Shown here in pieces: positions 56,970 to 58,313 of a stretch of DNA of 58,313 bases. The notes beneath the pieces were generated by a model. The model was not told the origin of the DNA, did not search any database, and worked only from the letters and a program-made list of their open reading frames with translations. The translations under genes were made by a program, and so were the position numbers. This DNA is from Candidatus Eiseniibacteriota bacterium (GTDB lineage Bacteria; Orphanbacterota; Orphanbacteria; Orphanbacterales; Orphanbacteraceae), in the NCBI GenBank assembly GCA_043809585.1, contig JBDROZ010000082.1:1-58313 (forward strand), given 5' to 3'. Positions within the stretch are counted from its first letter, which is position 1, and each line of letters starts with the position of its first letter.

Positions 56970-58120
56970 GACGGATCTTCGTCATCGCGGCGAACGACTG
57001 GAGGCTCGCCCTCCGGGACAGGCAGGCCATGCTCTGGATGTTCCTGATGCCCCTCCTCTTCATCTTCGTCTTCGGCAATCTCGGGGGGGGCGGCGGGGAG
57101 CGGAAGAAGAGGGACCTTCCGGTGCTGGTGGAGGACGAACGGTTTCTCGGAGCCGCGGTCTTCGACGCCCTCGAGGACGAGACCTGGGCCCCCCTCTGCG
57201 TCTCCCGGGACGATTCGCTCTTCGCGAACCTCACGCTCTGGATCGAGGTGCCGGCCGGTTTCACCGACTCGGTCCTGGCCGGCGAGGGGTCGACGATCCG
57301 GATCATGGAGAAGGAAGGGGCGTCGGCGCAGACCCGGGAAGGGTACGCCATGAACGCCCGCATGGCCGGGATCCGGGTCCTGACGAACCTCTTCGCCTTC
57401 CCCGATTCGGCCCTCGCCCTCCTCCCGGACGAGGAGATCCGCCCGATCTACGACTCCCTCGCCGGCCTTCCCGAAGCGGTGATCCTCGAGTCGCGCCTCG
57501 CCGAGGGGGCCCGGGAACTCCCCGACGGCTACCTTCTCTCGGTGCCGGGCAACCTGATCATGTTCGTGCTGATCGTCGCCCTCACCGGAGGCGCGGCGAC
57601 GGTCGCCGCCGAAGCGGGCCGGGGCCATCTCCGGCGGCTCGGGGCGAGCCCGGCGGCGAGGCACGAGGTCTTTCTCGGGAAGCTCTTCGGATCGGCGCTC
57701 ATCGCCCTCACCCAGATCGCCTTTCTTCTCGCGGCGAGCGTGCTCCTCTTCCGCATCGACTGGGGGAACGACCCGGTCGGGCTCGGACTGGTGCTCCTGC
57801 TCTTCGCCCTGACGGCGGCGTCGATCGGCGTCTTCCTCGGGCTTCTGGTTCGGAAGCCGGAGACGGCCGCAGCGGCGGGCGTGCTCACGACGCTCGTCAT
57901 GGCTTCTCTCGGGGGCTGCTGGTGGCCCCTCGAACTCGTATCGGACACCATGCGGACCGTGGGTCACCTCTTCCCGACGGCGTGGGCCCTCGGCGCGCTC
58001 TTCGATCTCGCCGCCTACGGGAAGACCACGGCGGAGATCGCGCCGAAGCTCTTCATGCTCCTCGCCTATGCGACCTTTTTCAGCGTCCTCGGCTCCCGCC
58101 TCCTCCGCTTCGACAGATAA
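56966..58120 (+). CDS. ABC-2 type exporter permease
   Basis: RDRQAMLWMFLMP, LGGCWWPLE, PTAWA; GTG start overlaps the upstream stop. Confidence 0.88.
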   Translation: MRRIFVIAANDWRLALRDRQAMLWMFLMPLLFIFVFGNLGGGGGERKKRDLPVLVEDERFLGAAVFDALEDETWAPLCVSRDDSLFANLTLWIEVPAGFTDSVLAGEGSTIRIMEKEGASAQTREGYAMNARMAGIRVLTNLFAFPDSALALLPDEEIRPIYDSLAGLPEAVILESRLAEGARELPDGYLLSVPGNLIMFVLIVALTGGAATVAAEAGRGHLRRLGASPAARHEVFLGKLFGSALIALTQIAFLLAASVLLFRIDWGNDPVGLGLVLLLFALTAASIGVFLGLLVRKPETAAAAGVLTTLVMASLGGCWWPLELVSDTMRTVGHLFPTAWALGALFDLAAYGKTTAEIAPKLFMLLAYATFFSVLGSRLLRFDR

Positions 58121-58176
58121 CGACGCCTCAGGTAGTCGTGTGCGTCACGCAATTCACGTCAACGGAAACAACGGAA

Positions 58177-58313
58177 CTAGCCTGGATTATGCACAAATCT
58201 CCTACTGCGATCTCGGATCGCCGCCTGCGAAGCCTCCTTTCCGTCGCCGCCTCCTCGACGTAGTGCATGACTACGCCTCCGGTGGCGGCTCGTCCAAGTC
58301 GGCTTCTCGTCAG
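58177..58313 (+). repeat. Fold-back repeat, copy 4 (cut by window end)
   Basis: Starts CTAGCCTGGATTATGCACAAATCTCC; 74 bp identical to copy 1. Confidence 0.85.

Overview
High-GC bacterial chromosomal window; a C-terminal FlgD-Ig-type domain on a secreted protein suggests an Eisenbacteria/Krumholzibacteria/Latescibacteria-like lineage (inference only). No rRNA, tRNA or CRISPR was seen. The main feature is an ~12.4 kb integron at ~9.4-21.9 kb. It has an internally deleted intI pseudogene co-oriented with its cassettes, an attI-like site at ~21290, and at least 7 attC sites bounding minus-strand cassettes. The cassettes are an amidohydrolase, three lipoproteins, an 87-aa protein plus a PII-like protein, a DUF4062 protein fused to a DeoR-sensor-like domain, a three-gene lipoprotein/helical/membrane module, cysteine synthase and an NTF2-like protein. 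The first attC is split by an IS1111-type IS110 element whose ~515-nt 3' non-coding region looks like a bridge/seek RNA with two duplicated loop modules and a donor-matching segment. Other mobile or repeat DNA: an IS630 end at the left edge, a 187-bp MITE with perfect 23-bp TIRs and a CTAA duplication, and four copies of a long fold-back repeat family with covarying stems. The rest is ordinary metabolic and transport genes (hybrid kinase, DEAD-box helicase, Kef antiporter, MFS, SPFH, OPT, MscS, YhaN/YhaO, pcm, ABC exporter) plus several secreted proteins with unusual domain fusions. All calls come from manual reading; no searches were run.
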